Part shown: positions 1 through 12,496 of the stretch, in pieces | Layout of the letters: every line of letters starts with the position of its first letter | Position numbering within the stretch: the first letter of the stretch is position 1 | From: Octopus sinensis | Lineage: Eukaryota | Direction: 5' to 3' | DNA: 64,000 nucleotides | Assembly (NCBI RefSeq): GCF_006345805.1 | Contig: NC_043003.1 | Coordinates: 1-64,000, forward strand | Translations under genes and position numbers: made by a program | The notes under the pieces: generated by a model | The model's input: only the letters and a program-made list of their open reading frames with translations | Told to the model about the DNA's origin: nothing | The model's database searches: none

Positions 1-106
<106 letters not shown>

Positions 107-414
107 GAGGCGCAATGGCCCAGTGGTTAGGGCAGCGGACTCGTGGTCGTAGGATCGCGGTTTCAATTCCGAGACCGGGCGTTGTGAGTGTTTATTGAGC
201 GAAAACACCTAAAGCTCTATGAGGCTCCGGCAGGGGGTGGTGGCGATCCCTGCTATTCTCTTTCGCCACAACTTTCTCTCACTCTTTCTTCTGTTGGCCA
301 GCTCGCTTAGCCAGCAGGGTGGCGTCATTTGACGGCTAAAACAATGCGAAGCGCATTGTGACCAGTGATGTGTAGCAACATCTGATAGCCTGGTCGGTCA
401 CGGTGGTCAAGGTG
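107..414 (+). mobile_element. tRNA-derived SINE (family A)
   Basis: A-box TGGCCCAGTGG and B-box-like GGTTTCAATTCC; a similar inverted copy lies at 5689-5987 and a related head at ~47780-48100. Confidence 0.8.
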
Positions 415-504
415 ATATATATATATATATATATATGAATATAAAGGAAGAGTGATTTGGAGACTAAACCAAAATGGTGAGTTTTTTAATATTACTTGTT
501 TTTT

Positions 505-2644
505 TGGCTTGGAGAAGCCATTACGAAAGACTGCTGAATGTGGAGAATGAATGGGAGGAGGAGAGTCTGCCAAATGTCGACCCAACTGAGGGACCAGCTA
601 TCCGAATAGATAGCTTGCTGGTAGATAAAGCAATTAAGGGTATGAAGCCAAGAAAAGCCTCCGGCCCACCAGAAATCCCTACTCTGATGCTTAAAATATC
701 TGGTGGTGTGGGCTATGGCCTAGTCATCCGTATTGTAAATCAGGTAGTTCACAAAGGAATCATACCCAACGACTGGCATAGCAGCACCATAGTCAACTGC
801 TACAAAGGTAAAGGTGATGCTCTAGGTAGAAATAACTACAGGGGTATCAAACTACTGGATCAGCTGATGAAGGTCATCGAGAGGGTCACAGTCCATCTCA
901 TTAGGGAGAGAATCTGCTTAGATGAGATGCAGTTCGGTTTTGTGCTGGGTAGAAGCTCCACTGATGCCATATTCATGATTCTACAACTGCAGGAGAAATA
1001 CTTAGCCAAATGCCTATACTTAGCTTTTGTGGACTTGGAGAAAGCCTTTGACAGGGTCCCTTGATCCCTTATATGGTGGGTGATGCGGAAACTGGGGATT
1101 GACGAATGGTTAATAAGGGCTGTACAAGCCTTATACAGAGAAGCCGTTGGGAAGGTTAGGATTGGCAATGAGTAAAGTGAAGAGTTCCGGGTAGAAGTAG
1201 GGGTCTACCAAGGATCAGCCCTCAGTCCCCTTTCATTCACCATCGTCCTCTAGGCAATAACAGAGGAATTCAAGATGGGTTGCCCCTGGGAGCTCCTCTA
1301 TGCTGATGACCTGGCCTTCATAGCAGAATCACTACCGGATCTAGAGAAGAAATTTCAGGTGTGGAAGCAAGGTTTACAATCAATGGCCTTAGAGTCAATG
1401 TAGCAAAGACCAAAGTTCTAGTAAGTAGGAAGGCAAACTCATCACACCCTCAGGTAGGTGGTCCTGCTTGATCTGTAGAAAAGGTGTAGGTAGAAACTCC
1501 ATAAGATGAACCCAGTGTAAGCTATGGACACATAAGAGGTGCAACAACATCAAAGAAAGATTAACCGAGAAGATAGCTTTTGTGTGCAGCAGATGCATTG
1601 GGGTAATAAACACCACAGATGCTCAGAAATTAGATTCCATCACACTCCAGGGGAAGAAACTAGAAGTAGTTGAAAGCTTCCGCTACCTAGGTGACCAAGT
1701 TAGTAGTAGGGGAGAATGCTCTGAGAGTGTTACCACTAGAGTAAGAATAGCCTGGGCAAACTTCAGAAAGCTTCTACCCCTACTGGTGACAAAGCTCTCA
1801 TGCTCAGAGTGAAAGGTAGATTGTACAAAGCATGTATGCAAACTGCCATGCTTCACAACAGAGAAACATGGGCCATGACTGCGGAGAACATGCGTAGGCT
1901 TGAAAGAAATGAAGCTGGTAAGATCCGCTGGATGTGTACTGTCAGTGGGCACACACGACAGAGAGTAAGCACCCTGAGAGAAATGCTGGACATAAGAAGC
2001 ATCGGGTGTGACATGCAAGAGAGACGCTTGTGCTGGTATGGTAATATACTACGGATGGACGAGTGGAGCTGTGTGAAGAAGTGACACTCCCAAACAGTTG
2101 AAGGAATCCGGGATAGAGGTAGACCCAAGAAGACATGATGAGGTAGTGAAGCATGACCTTTGAATGTTGGACCTCACAGAGGCAATGATAAAAGACCAAG
2201 ACCTCTGGAGATATGCTGTGACTGCGAAGACCCAGCAAATAAAGTGAGTTCACGGCTGTATCCTACACCAGTTACAGCCCTAGCCCATTCAAAAGGACCT
2301 TAGATCATAGGGCGACCTGCTTGAGGAGACCTATTGAGCTAAGTACATCAACATCAAAATGAAAATCAAATGGAAATTGTAGTTGTGATACGTGTGCTGG
2401 TGGCATGTAGAAAGCACCACCCAAACGTGGCCGATGCCAGTGCCATCTTCACTGGCTTCCAGGCCGGTGGCACGTAAAAGGCACCCACTACACTCACAGA
2501 GTGGTTGGCGTTAGGAAGGGCATCCAGCTGTAGAAACATTGCCAGATCAGATTGGAGCCTGGTGCAGCCCCCTGGCTTCCCAGACCCCAGTCGAACCGTC
2601 CAACCCATGCTATCATGGAAAACGGACGTTAAACGATGATGATG
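505..2644 (+). mobile_element. RTE-clade LINE, 5'-truncated and degenerate (RT, PHD-like finger, 3'UTR, (GAT)n tail)
   Basis: Motifs YKGKGD..NYRGIKLL, QFGF, AFVDLEKAFDRVP, LLYADDL, FRYLG and GRGRP-type C-terminus; several stops and frameshifts; ends aaacgatgatgatg. Confidence 0.92.
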
Positions 2645-3240
2645 CAAACACACACATATATATGTATATATATATATATACACACGCATACACACACACA
2701 CATATATACATACGTATGCACACATATATATACATACGTATGCACACATATACATACATATACACACACATATATATATACATACATACAAATGCACACA
2801 CACATACATACAATAACACACACACATATATATACACATACATACATGTATATATACATACATATGCAGGTACATATACATATGCACACATAAATCTATA
2901 TATAAATATGCACACCTCTCTATCTATATATATATGCACACATATCTATAGATACACACACAAACATATCTATATAAACACACACATATGCACACACACA
3001 TACACACATATATACATGCATACGTACACACAGATCTAAATACACAGATATCTATATATATATACTTCCAAACATATATCAATATATACATATAGACACA
3101 TAACTATATACATACACACAGATCTATATATTCATACAGACACATGTCCATATATACATATACACACATAACCCATGCTAGCATGGAAAGCGGACGCTAA
3201 ACGATATCTATATATACATACATATCTATATATACGTATA
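2645..3240. repeat. AT/AC-rich compound microsatellite
   Basis: Low-complexity TATA/CACA runs; the Y/I/H/T-rich ORFs here are artefacts. Confidence 0.9.
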
Positions 3241-3242
3241 CT

Positions 3243-3625
3243 CTTTTACTTGTTTCAGTTATTTGACTGTGGCCATGCTGGAGCACCGCTTTAAATCGAG
3301 CAACTCGATCCCGGGACTTATTCTTTGTAAGCCCAGTACTTATTCTATCGGTGTCTTTTGCCGAACCGCTAAGTGACGGGGACATAAACACACCAGCATC
3401 AGTTGTCAAGCAATGCTAGGGGGACAAACACAGACACACAAACATACATGCACATATATATATATATACATATATACGACGGGCTTCTTTCAGTTTCCGT
3501 CCATCAAATCCACTCACAAGGCTATGGTCGGCCTGAAGCTATAGTAGAAGACACTTGCCCAAGGTGCCACGCAGTGGGACTGAACCCGGAACCATGTGGT
3601 TCGTAAGCAAGCTACTTACCACACA
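3243..3625 (-). mobile_element. tRNA-derived SINE (family B)
   Basis: Head on - strand GTGTGGTAAGTAGCTTGC...GGTTCAGTCCCACTG; homologous copies at 22480-22868, 27622-28025, 51150-51520, 53285-53667 and 54665-55035. Confidence 0.82.
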
Positions 3626-3662
3626 CATACATATATATCTACATACATATATCTATATATAC

Positions 3663-5677
3663 ATACAGGGGTTTCAAGCTGTTGGATCAGGTTATGAAGG
3701 TTACAGAGAGGGTCACAGCCCAACTAATTAGAGAGAGAGTTAGTTTAGATGAGATGCAGTTTGGGTTCGTGCCAGGGGAAAGTACTACTGATGCTATATT
3801 CCTGGTAAGACAGCTGCAGGAGAAATACCTAGCCAAAGATAAGCACCTGTACCTGGCTTTTGTTGACATGGAGAAAGCCTTCGACAGGGTCCCCCGATCC
3901 CTTATCTGGTGGTCAATGAGGAAACTAGGGATAGATGAATGGTTAGTGAGAGCTGTGCGAGCCATACAGAGACGCTGCTAGTAAGGTTAGGGTTGGCAAT
4001 GAGTACACTAAAGAATTCCGGGTAGAGGTAGGGGTCCACCAAGGTTCAGTCCTCAGCCCCCTCCTATTTATCATAGTCCTCCAGGCAATAATGGAGGAAT
4101 TCAAGACAGGATGCCCCTGGGAGCTCCTCTATGCTGATGACCTTGCTCTAATTGCTGAGTCACTATCAGAACTGGAGGAGAAGTTTCAGGTGTGGAAGTA
4201 AGGATTAGAATCGAAGGGCCTTAGAGTCAATCTAGCTAAAACCAAAGTCCTAATAAGTAGGAAGGTAGACAAATCACAAATGCTTTCAGGTAGATGGCCC
4301 TGCTCGATCTGTAGAAAAGGCATAGGTAGAAACTCTATAAGATGCACCAAGTGTAAGCTATGGACACATAAGAGGTGCAGCAATGTCAAAGGAAGGCTAA
4401 CTAGGAAAATAGTTTTTGTATGTGGCAGATGCTCTGGTGCAAAAAACACTGAAAATGCGCAGAGACCAACTTCTGCCACTTTCCAGGGAGAAAAACTAGA
4501 AATAGTTGATAGGTTCCGTTACCTAGGTGACCAAGTCAGTAGCGGGGGCGGGTGTGCTGAAAGTGTAACTGCTAGAATAAGAATAGCTTGGCAAAGTTCA
4601 GAGAGCTCTTACCTCTGCTGGTGACAAAAGGCCTCTTGCTCAGAGTAAAAGGCAGACTGTATGATGCATGTGTACGAACAGCCATGCTACAAGGTAGTGA
4701 AACATGGGCCCTGACTGCTGAGGATATGCATAAGCTCGCAAGAAATGAAGCCATACTTGACAGAATGTAAGTACCTTGAGAGAAAAGTTGGACCTAAGAA
4801 GCATCAGTTGTGGTGTGCAAGAAAGACGTTTGTGCTGGTATGGTCATGTGACGAGAATGGATGAAGATAGTTGTGTGTAAAAGTGCAATACCCTAGCGGT
4901 TGAGGGAACCTGTGGAAGAGGTAGACCCAGGAAAACCTAGGACGAGGTGGTGAAGCACGACCTTCGAACTTTAGGACTCACCGAGGAAATGACTAGAGAC
5001 CGAGACCTATGGAAGTATGCTGTGCGTGAGAAGACCCGGCAGGACAAGTGAGACCATAACCCATGGCCTCTACCTGGGATGTAGCCAGTCCACTTATGCA
5101 TACCTTTCCCTCTTGGGACACAAAACTCTAATTGTGAAGACCTGTTGAAGTGAGAATCAAAATTGAAATCGATCAACATCAATAGAAATTGTAGTTGTGA
5201 TACCAGTGCCGGTGGCACGTAAGCGAACCATCCGAACGTGGCCGTTGCCAGAGTGCCAGTGCCATGTAAGCGAACCATCCGAACGTGGCCGTTACCAGAG
5301 TGCCGGTGGCACGTAAGCAAACCATCCGAATGTGGTCGTTGCCAGTGCTGCCCCAACGGGCCTCCGTGCTGGTGGCACATAAAAAGCACCATCCGATTGT
5401 GGCCATTGCCAGCCTTGCCTGGCCCCCGTGCTGGTGGCACGTAAAAAGCACTATCCGACCATGGCCGTTTGCCAGCCCCGCTAGCACCTGTGCCGGTGGC
5501 ACATAAAAAGCACCCACTACAATCACGGAGTGGTTGGCATTAGGAAGGGCATCCAGCCATAGAAACATTGCCAGATTAGACTGGGCCTGGTGCAGCCTTC
5601 TGACTTCCCAGACCCCAGTTGAACCGTCCAACCCATGCTAGCATGGAAAGCGGATGCTAAATGATGATGATGATGAT
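3663..5677 (+). mobile_element. RTE-clade LINE, 5'-truncated, second copy
   Basis: QFGFVPG, AFVDMEKAFDRVP, LLYADDL (~4130), WPCSICRKG..CTKCKLWTHKRC..VCGRC, FRYLG; 3'UTR with hairpin sub-repeats and (GAT)n tail; frameshifted. Confidence 0.92.
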
Positions 5678-5688
5678 ATATCTATATA

Positions 5689-5987
5689 TCACCGTCACTG
5701 TGACCAACCAGGCTATCAGATGTTGCTACACATCACTGGTCACAATGCGCTTCGCATTGTTTTAGCCTTCAAATGACGCCACCCTGCTGGCTAAGCGAGC
5801 AGGCCAACAGAAGAAAGTGTGAGAGAAAGTTGTGGCGAAAGAGTACAGCAGGGATCGCCACCACACCCTGCTGGAGCCTCGTGAAGTTTTAGGTGTTTTC
5901 GCTCAATAAACGCCCGGTCTGGGATTCAAAACCGCGATCCTACAACAATGAGTACGCTGCCCTAACCACTGGGCCATTGTGCCTCCA
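5689..5987 (-). mobile_element. tRNA-derived SINE (family A), inverted relative to 107-414
   Basis: Reverse complement matches 107-414 over ~300 bp. Confidence 0.82.
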
Positions 5988-6039
5988 CATATCTATATAT
6001 ACATACACATATATATCTATATATCTACATATATATATA

Positions 6040-6200
6040 TCTCTATATATAAAACTGAAATGCGTTTTTACCGCTTAGATCGCTTTGAAGGCCACTACAT
6101 CCCGTCCGATTCACTCCAAAATTTACAGGGATATGTAAAATGAGGTGACGATGCCCGTGGGCTACCTTAGAAATCCCTATCTTAAAAGGCGTCGTTGCTA
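6040..6200 (+). mobile_element. possible non-autonomous Helitron 5' end
   Basis: TCTATATATAAAA start resembles the 5' termini of other Helitrons in this window; no matching 3' end found. Confidence 0.35.
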
Positions 6201-7600
6201 GGGCCAAAAACCCACTTTGACAAGTTCACTCCGGTTCTTTAATGTATCTGTCTTCCTCAACTCACTCTCGCTATTTCCTCTCTTCCCAGCACTTTTTCAC
6301 TCAGTCTATTTCATGCATTCCCATTACTTTCACTTCCTCAAACGGCCTTCTTTTATGTATCTGTCTGCATTCATAGAGAGAATTATCATCGCCACGGCTA
6401 TCACATTCTATTGTCTGCCTGTCAACGAGCCAATCGAGCAAATACAAACAGAACACACCAACCAGCATTCGTGTTCTGGTGATAACGTAGGTTTTTCGTA
6501 TCTATTACATTTTAACATTTATTTAGAACCCTGCAAATTTTTCGTGCTAAATTTTCATTTTTTACTACTTTATTATTTTTTCTTAAATTGATGCTTTTAT
6601 TAAAATTAATTCTAATTGTCTGGGTCAACAGTTAATTTCCTCAGAGGATATGGAAATTCCTATTACCCGTCAGAGAAATAACTCCAGCAGCTCACAACTA
6701 TTTCAACAAAGACAAGGTTACCTGCTTACCAGTCGAATTCAGCGTCAACGCTCACATATGAGAGAGACTCCAACACACACACACATATATACATAATGTG
6801 TGCATTATGTGGTCGGTTGAGCTGAAAATATGCACACCTATGTTAAAAGTGCTCGCAAGTTTGCATGACAACTAGTTTTTTCCCTCAAATGAAAGGCGTG
6901 ACCTCTAGGACAAAATTCCTCATCTTATAAAATGTGGCCCCAGTAGACCCAAATGAAATCGGATTATATTAACCAAAATGTGAAAAGGGTCTAAAGGGGG
7001 CTGGAAGGGGATTAAAATTTAAATGAGCGAGTGTTTAGGAATTCTCTGTTACATCAAGCTAAAATATTTGCACCAGCCTTTTAATCGTCAATGTGTTGCC
7101 GTCCATGATGAAGTTTTGAATGCTTGCCATGGTGAGTCTACTGTCGTGAGAAAGAATCACTTCAAAACTTGGTGTTTACGAATTTTCTTTTACATCAAGT
7201 TCAAAATTTTACGCCAGCCGTTAAACTGTCAATACGTTGCTGTCCGTCGTTAAGAAATACCAGCCATGGTGACTCTACTATGCTCAGATTCTATCCCTTC
7301 AAACTTTGGTTTCCAATATTTTATTATTCTTATTCAGCTCGCAAGTTCGTCTGTCCCTTTTAAATGTTAGGGTTTTGCTGTCTGCCTTGAAGCAGACCTT
7401 TCCATTGTTACTGCCTGATATTTATGATTGATCTTTCTAAATATTTTATTTATCAACTTACTCAAGATCTTTTGTTGTTTATAAATGGGAGAGATAGATA
7501 AAGATAGAGAGTAAGAGAAAGCGAGGGAGAGTCCAAGAGAATGGAAGAGTAAGAGAGTGGGGAAAGTGAGAGAGAAAGGAGAGAGAAACAAAGAGGGAGA

Positions 7601-7890
7601 ATCATCATCATCATCGTTTAACGTCCGTTTTCCGTGCTAGCACGGGTTGGACAGTTTGACCGGGGTCTGGGAAGCCAGGAGGCTGCACCAGGCTCCAGTC
7701 TGATCTGGCAGTGTTTCTACAGGTGGATGCCCTTCCTAACGCCAACCACTCTGTGAGCGTAGTGGGTGCTTTTTTTGTGCCGCCAGTACAGGTGCCAGGA
7801 TCGGTTGGTGCTTTTTATGTGCCACCGGCACAGAAGCCAGTCAAGGCGGCGCTGCAATCGGCCACGTTCGGATGGTGCTTTTTACATGCT
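7601..7890 (-). mobile_element. RTE 3'-tail fragment
   Basis: (ATC)n followed by the reverse complement of the RTE 3'UTR at 2390-2644. Confidence 0.8.
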
Positions 7891-8023
7891 GAAAGGAAGC
7901 AGCAGAAAGTAACAACCACACTCTTACCCACGCGTAGAGCGGGTCACCTTCAGCTAGTATACATATATATCTATATATACATATATCTATAAATGCATAT
8001 ATTTATATATATATATATATATA

Positions 8024-8628
8024 TCATCATCATCATCATTTAACGTCCGCTTTCCATGCTAGCATGGGTTGGACGGTTCAACTGGGGTCTGGGGAGCCCG
8101 AAAGCTGCACCAGTCCAGTCAGATCTGGCAGTGTTTCTACAGCTGGATGCCCTTCCTAACGCCAACCACTCCGAGAGTGTAGTGGGTGATTTTATGTGCC
8201 ACCGACACAGGTGCCAGACGAGGCTGGCAAACGGCCACGCTCGGATGGTGTTTTTATGTGCCACCGACACAGGTGCCAGACGAGGCTGGCAGACGGCCAC
8301 GCTCGGATGGTGTTTTTTATGTGCCACCGACACAGGTGCCAGACGAGGCTGGCAGACGGCCACGCTCGGATGGTGTTTTTATGTGCCACCGACACAGGTG
8401 CCAGACGAGGCTGGCAGACGGCCACGCTCGGATGGTGTTTTTATGTGCCACCGACACAGGTGCCAGATGAGGCTGGCAAACGGCCACGATCGGATGGTGC
8501 TTGTTACGTGCCCACAGCACGGAGGCCAGTCGATGCGGTACTGGCTACGGCCACGTTCGGATGGTTTTCTTATGTGCCACGTGCCACCGGCACTGGTACC
8601 ACAAAGATACAAATTCCATTGATGTTCA
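8024..8628 (-). mobile_element. RTE 3'UTR fragment with 5x ~62-bp internal tandem repeat
   Basis: Tail matches the RTE 3'UTR; unit ATGTGCCACCGACACAGGTGCCAGACGAGG... recurs at 8194, 8256, 8319, 8381 and 8443. Confidence 0.85.
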
Positions 8629-8629
8629 T

Positions 8630-9083
8630 CTATATATATATATATATATATCTATATATACATATCTATATATACATATCTATATATGCATATATATATC
8701 TATACATATCTATATATGCATATATATATCTATACATATCTATATATGCATATATATCTATAAATACATATACATATCTATATATACATATACATATCTA
8801 TATCTATATATACATATCTATATCTATATATACATATCTATATCTATATATACATATCTATATCTATATATACATATCTATATCTATATATACATATCTA
8901 TATCTATATATCTATATCTATATATACATATCTATATATGCATATATATATCTATATATACATATACATATCTATATATGCATATATATATCTATATATA
9001 CATATACATATCTATATATGCATATATATATCTATATATACATATACATATCTATATAAACATATACATATATACATATCTAT

Positions 9084-9116
<33 letters not shown>

Positions 9117-9900
9117 AATATATACATACACACATATATATATATACATATATCTATATATACATACACACACACACATATATCTATATATACATACACA
9201 CACACACATATATACATATATCTATATATACATACACACACACACATATATACATATCTATATATACATACATATATATCTATATATACACTTATCAAGT
9301 ATTCACCCTAAATTTGCAGTACCTACTTATATATACACACACATATATATACATACATATATATCTCTAAAAACACATATATAGCTATATATATATATAT
9401 TTACACACACACACACACCTATATATCTATATATACATACACACACATATATGTCTATATATACATACACAAATATATATCAGTATATACATACACAAAT
9501 ATATCTATCTATATATACATACACAAATATATATCTATATATACATACACAAATATATATCTATATATACATACACAAATATATATCTATATATACATAG
9601 ACACACATATATCTATATATACATACACACACATATATCTATATATACATACACACACATATATCTATATATACATACACACATATCTATCTATATATAC
9701 ACACATATATACCTATATATACACACATATATACCTATATATACATACACATACACCTCTCTATATATTCATACATATATACATATTTATATTACATGTA
9801 TAAATCTACAAATATATATAGATATATATTATACATACACACACACAAATATACAAACATACATATATTATACTTACAAAAATACATCTCTCTCTCTCTT

Positions 9901-9954
<54 letters not shown>

Positions 9955-10110
9955 GCGCGCACACACACATATAGGTAAAATGTAAAAAATTTTCTCATAT
10001 AAATATATTATATATACACACACACAAATACATTGTTATATAAACATATACTGTTAATGTACACACATACACTTATATATACACATACACTTATATATAC
10101 ACATACAATA
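8630..10110. repeat. long compound AT/AC microsatellite tract
   Basis: TATATATAC/TATCTA/CACA low-complexity sequence. Confidence 0.92.
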
Positions 10111-10526
10111 CTGTTTGCTTTGTGCGTGAGCAGAGAGAGAGAGATATCTCCATACATACATACATATTATATTAACAATGTATTTCTGTAGACAGGCAGT
10201 ATTGTTAATGCCCAACAATATACACTTGATCTGGTTTGTGTATACAAAGATATATGTGTGCGTGTTAATTGGAAACGAACGTAAATTCTAAAATATTAGC
10301 GAATTTAAAATAATAAAATGCGATCTATAGACATCAAAATGAAAGAATCTCTGGTAAGTGGAAATGAATAAATTGGTAGGTGAGAACAAGTGAGGTTCTT
10401 GTCTTTTACAAGATAATTCTTTTCTTTTTTTTTTCCTGTCTATGACGAGGGTTCTTCAACTGAAGGAAGAATATTGGTGAGATACACTCAAAATTATATT
10501 TAACACTTCAACACTGGAATACTTAC

Positions 10527-10571
10527 CTCCAGGCGCAGGTTAGCAGCCAATTCTGGGTAATCCTCGGCCAT
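10527..10571 (-). CDS. candidate first coding exon of an unidentified gene (MAEDYPELAANLRLE)
   Basis: GTCATGG Kozak-like context, in-frame upstream TGA, 15 codons, consensus donor GAG|GTAAGT; non-repetitive surroundings. No downstream exon found in the window. Confidence 0.5.
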
Positions 10572-11733
10572 GACTTCTTGCCACAATCGTTCATTCCAAC
10601 CAGAATTTCAGTCAAAGATCCGTTTTCATCAAAGACTCTTCACAGGCGACTCTTATACGAAAATATGGTTAAACCTTACAGATTCCTTCTACCTTTCTTC
10701 GTAAATTTCGCATATTTATTAAGAAACTTTAATTAAAAGCCTTAAAAATATAACATTGGAAAATTCAAAGTTTTATGGTCAATTATTATTATTATTATTG
10801 TTTATAAACGAAGGAAGTTGGTCTTTGTTGTCCTCTCTCATTTCTCTCTCTTCCCCTCTCACCCTCTCTCTAACACTTTCTTACTCTGTCACTTTCTCTC
10901 TCTTATCCCTCCCTCTGTCTAACTCTTATCCCTCCCCATCACTGCCTCCTCCTCTCTCTCCATCTCGCCTTCCCCCCTTTCTCTCTCTCTCTGTTAACCT
11001 TTCACTGAATGGACATTTATGATGCGTGTTTTAAAGACATGCAGATAAGTGTCATTTATATGCACCAACAAATACCTACATACACACCTATGTATGTTTG
11101 CATGTATATATCATATATACAGTTATTTACTTTGTGTGTGTGCTAATATAATTATCTAATTCTGTATACATATCTACTATGTATATGTGTGTTTGTATGA
11201 TATATATATATATATATGTGTGTGTATATAGATGTTTATATGTGTGTATGTATGTATGCATACACATATAAACATACACACACACACACGCACATACGTG
11301 AAGGCGCGGGGTCTTGCGGCGGCGGCGGGGTGTGTGCGGTGGATATTGAGCTCATGTCACCCCGTTTCGCTTTATTACACATTGCTCTCATCTATTCAGC
11401 TCCAGTGAATATCAGCTGGGCGCTGATTCAGTTCTCTCTCCTCCAGATGTCACATGCTGGACATTGTAGAGGGTCAAGGGTGAATGGCTGAGTGGGTAGG
11501 TGTGTCTACTCGCGACTGCGTTAGGGAACTCAAGCAATTAGAGAATGCAGCCACCAGCGCACCGAGTCGCATTCGGTCGTCAATGACGGCCTATATGCAT
11601 ATTTACTCCCTCACATACATACATGTACGCGTGCACACGTATACGTACATATACATGTATCGTTATATTTATGTGTATAATATACACATGTATATGTATA
11701 TAAATATATGTGAATATGCATACATATGTATAT

Positions 11734-11780
<47 letters not shown>

Positions 11781-12496
11781 AATATATTGACATATTTAAT
11801 GTCATAAATAAATATATATGTATAGATGTGTATGTGTGCATGTAAAAAAGTGTAAAAAGCTCATAACACACAAAATATCTCGTACATCTCTACACATTTT
11901 TTTTTTGTTTGTTTTGCATAATAAAATACGTTGATACGGCTTTAAATTAAGTAACCAATGCGACATTCACCTTCACCTTTCCATCATCTTCAATGTCTGT
12001 GACAAATTAACATTCCTGCTGAGGACACCCAATCAATACCAAGTGTTCTATCATCAATTGCCACCTGCAATCATTAATGATTCCATTCAGAATAACTGGA
12101 TATGTTTTCCCACTTTCTTCTTTCATTAAATATTTATTTATATCTAAAATGTAGTTATGGTGTAAGAAAATGTTATTTTTTATATTTATTTAATACCTTT
12201 ATTTTCACCGTGTTTAAGTTTAGAATATGTAATACCTTGCTAAACCAAGAAGAAAAACAGAAGCAATTTGTTTCTACATAAAATATACCCGGCCATTGTA
12301 TTTTCAGGAGTATGAAAATAATAGTAACTCGAATTTAAATCCCGTGTGTATTAAATCAGATTTATCTATCACTGGATGGACTAATTTTTCTTTTTCTTTC
12401 TTTTTTTGTTAATCTCACCGATAACAGAACAGTACATCATATATAAAACCGATGAAGGAAACGGAAAACAGATTTAGCACTAGTCTTTATTATATA

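Noticed and set aside
2366-3039. Long Y/I/H/T/V/C-rich ORFs (also 8196-9370, 23312-23625, 27227-27493)
   Set aside because: Translations of AT/AC microsatellites.
7030-7330. Diverged ~140-bp tandem duplication with short ORFs
   Set aside because: No assignable domain; probably internal sequence of a decayed transposon.
11970-12064. Possible - strand exon (TTGCAG acceptor, AAG|GTGAAT donor)
   Set aside because: Stops in all three frames and no recognisable homology; at most a UTR exon, unsupported.
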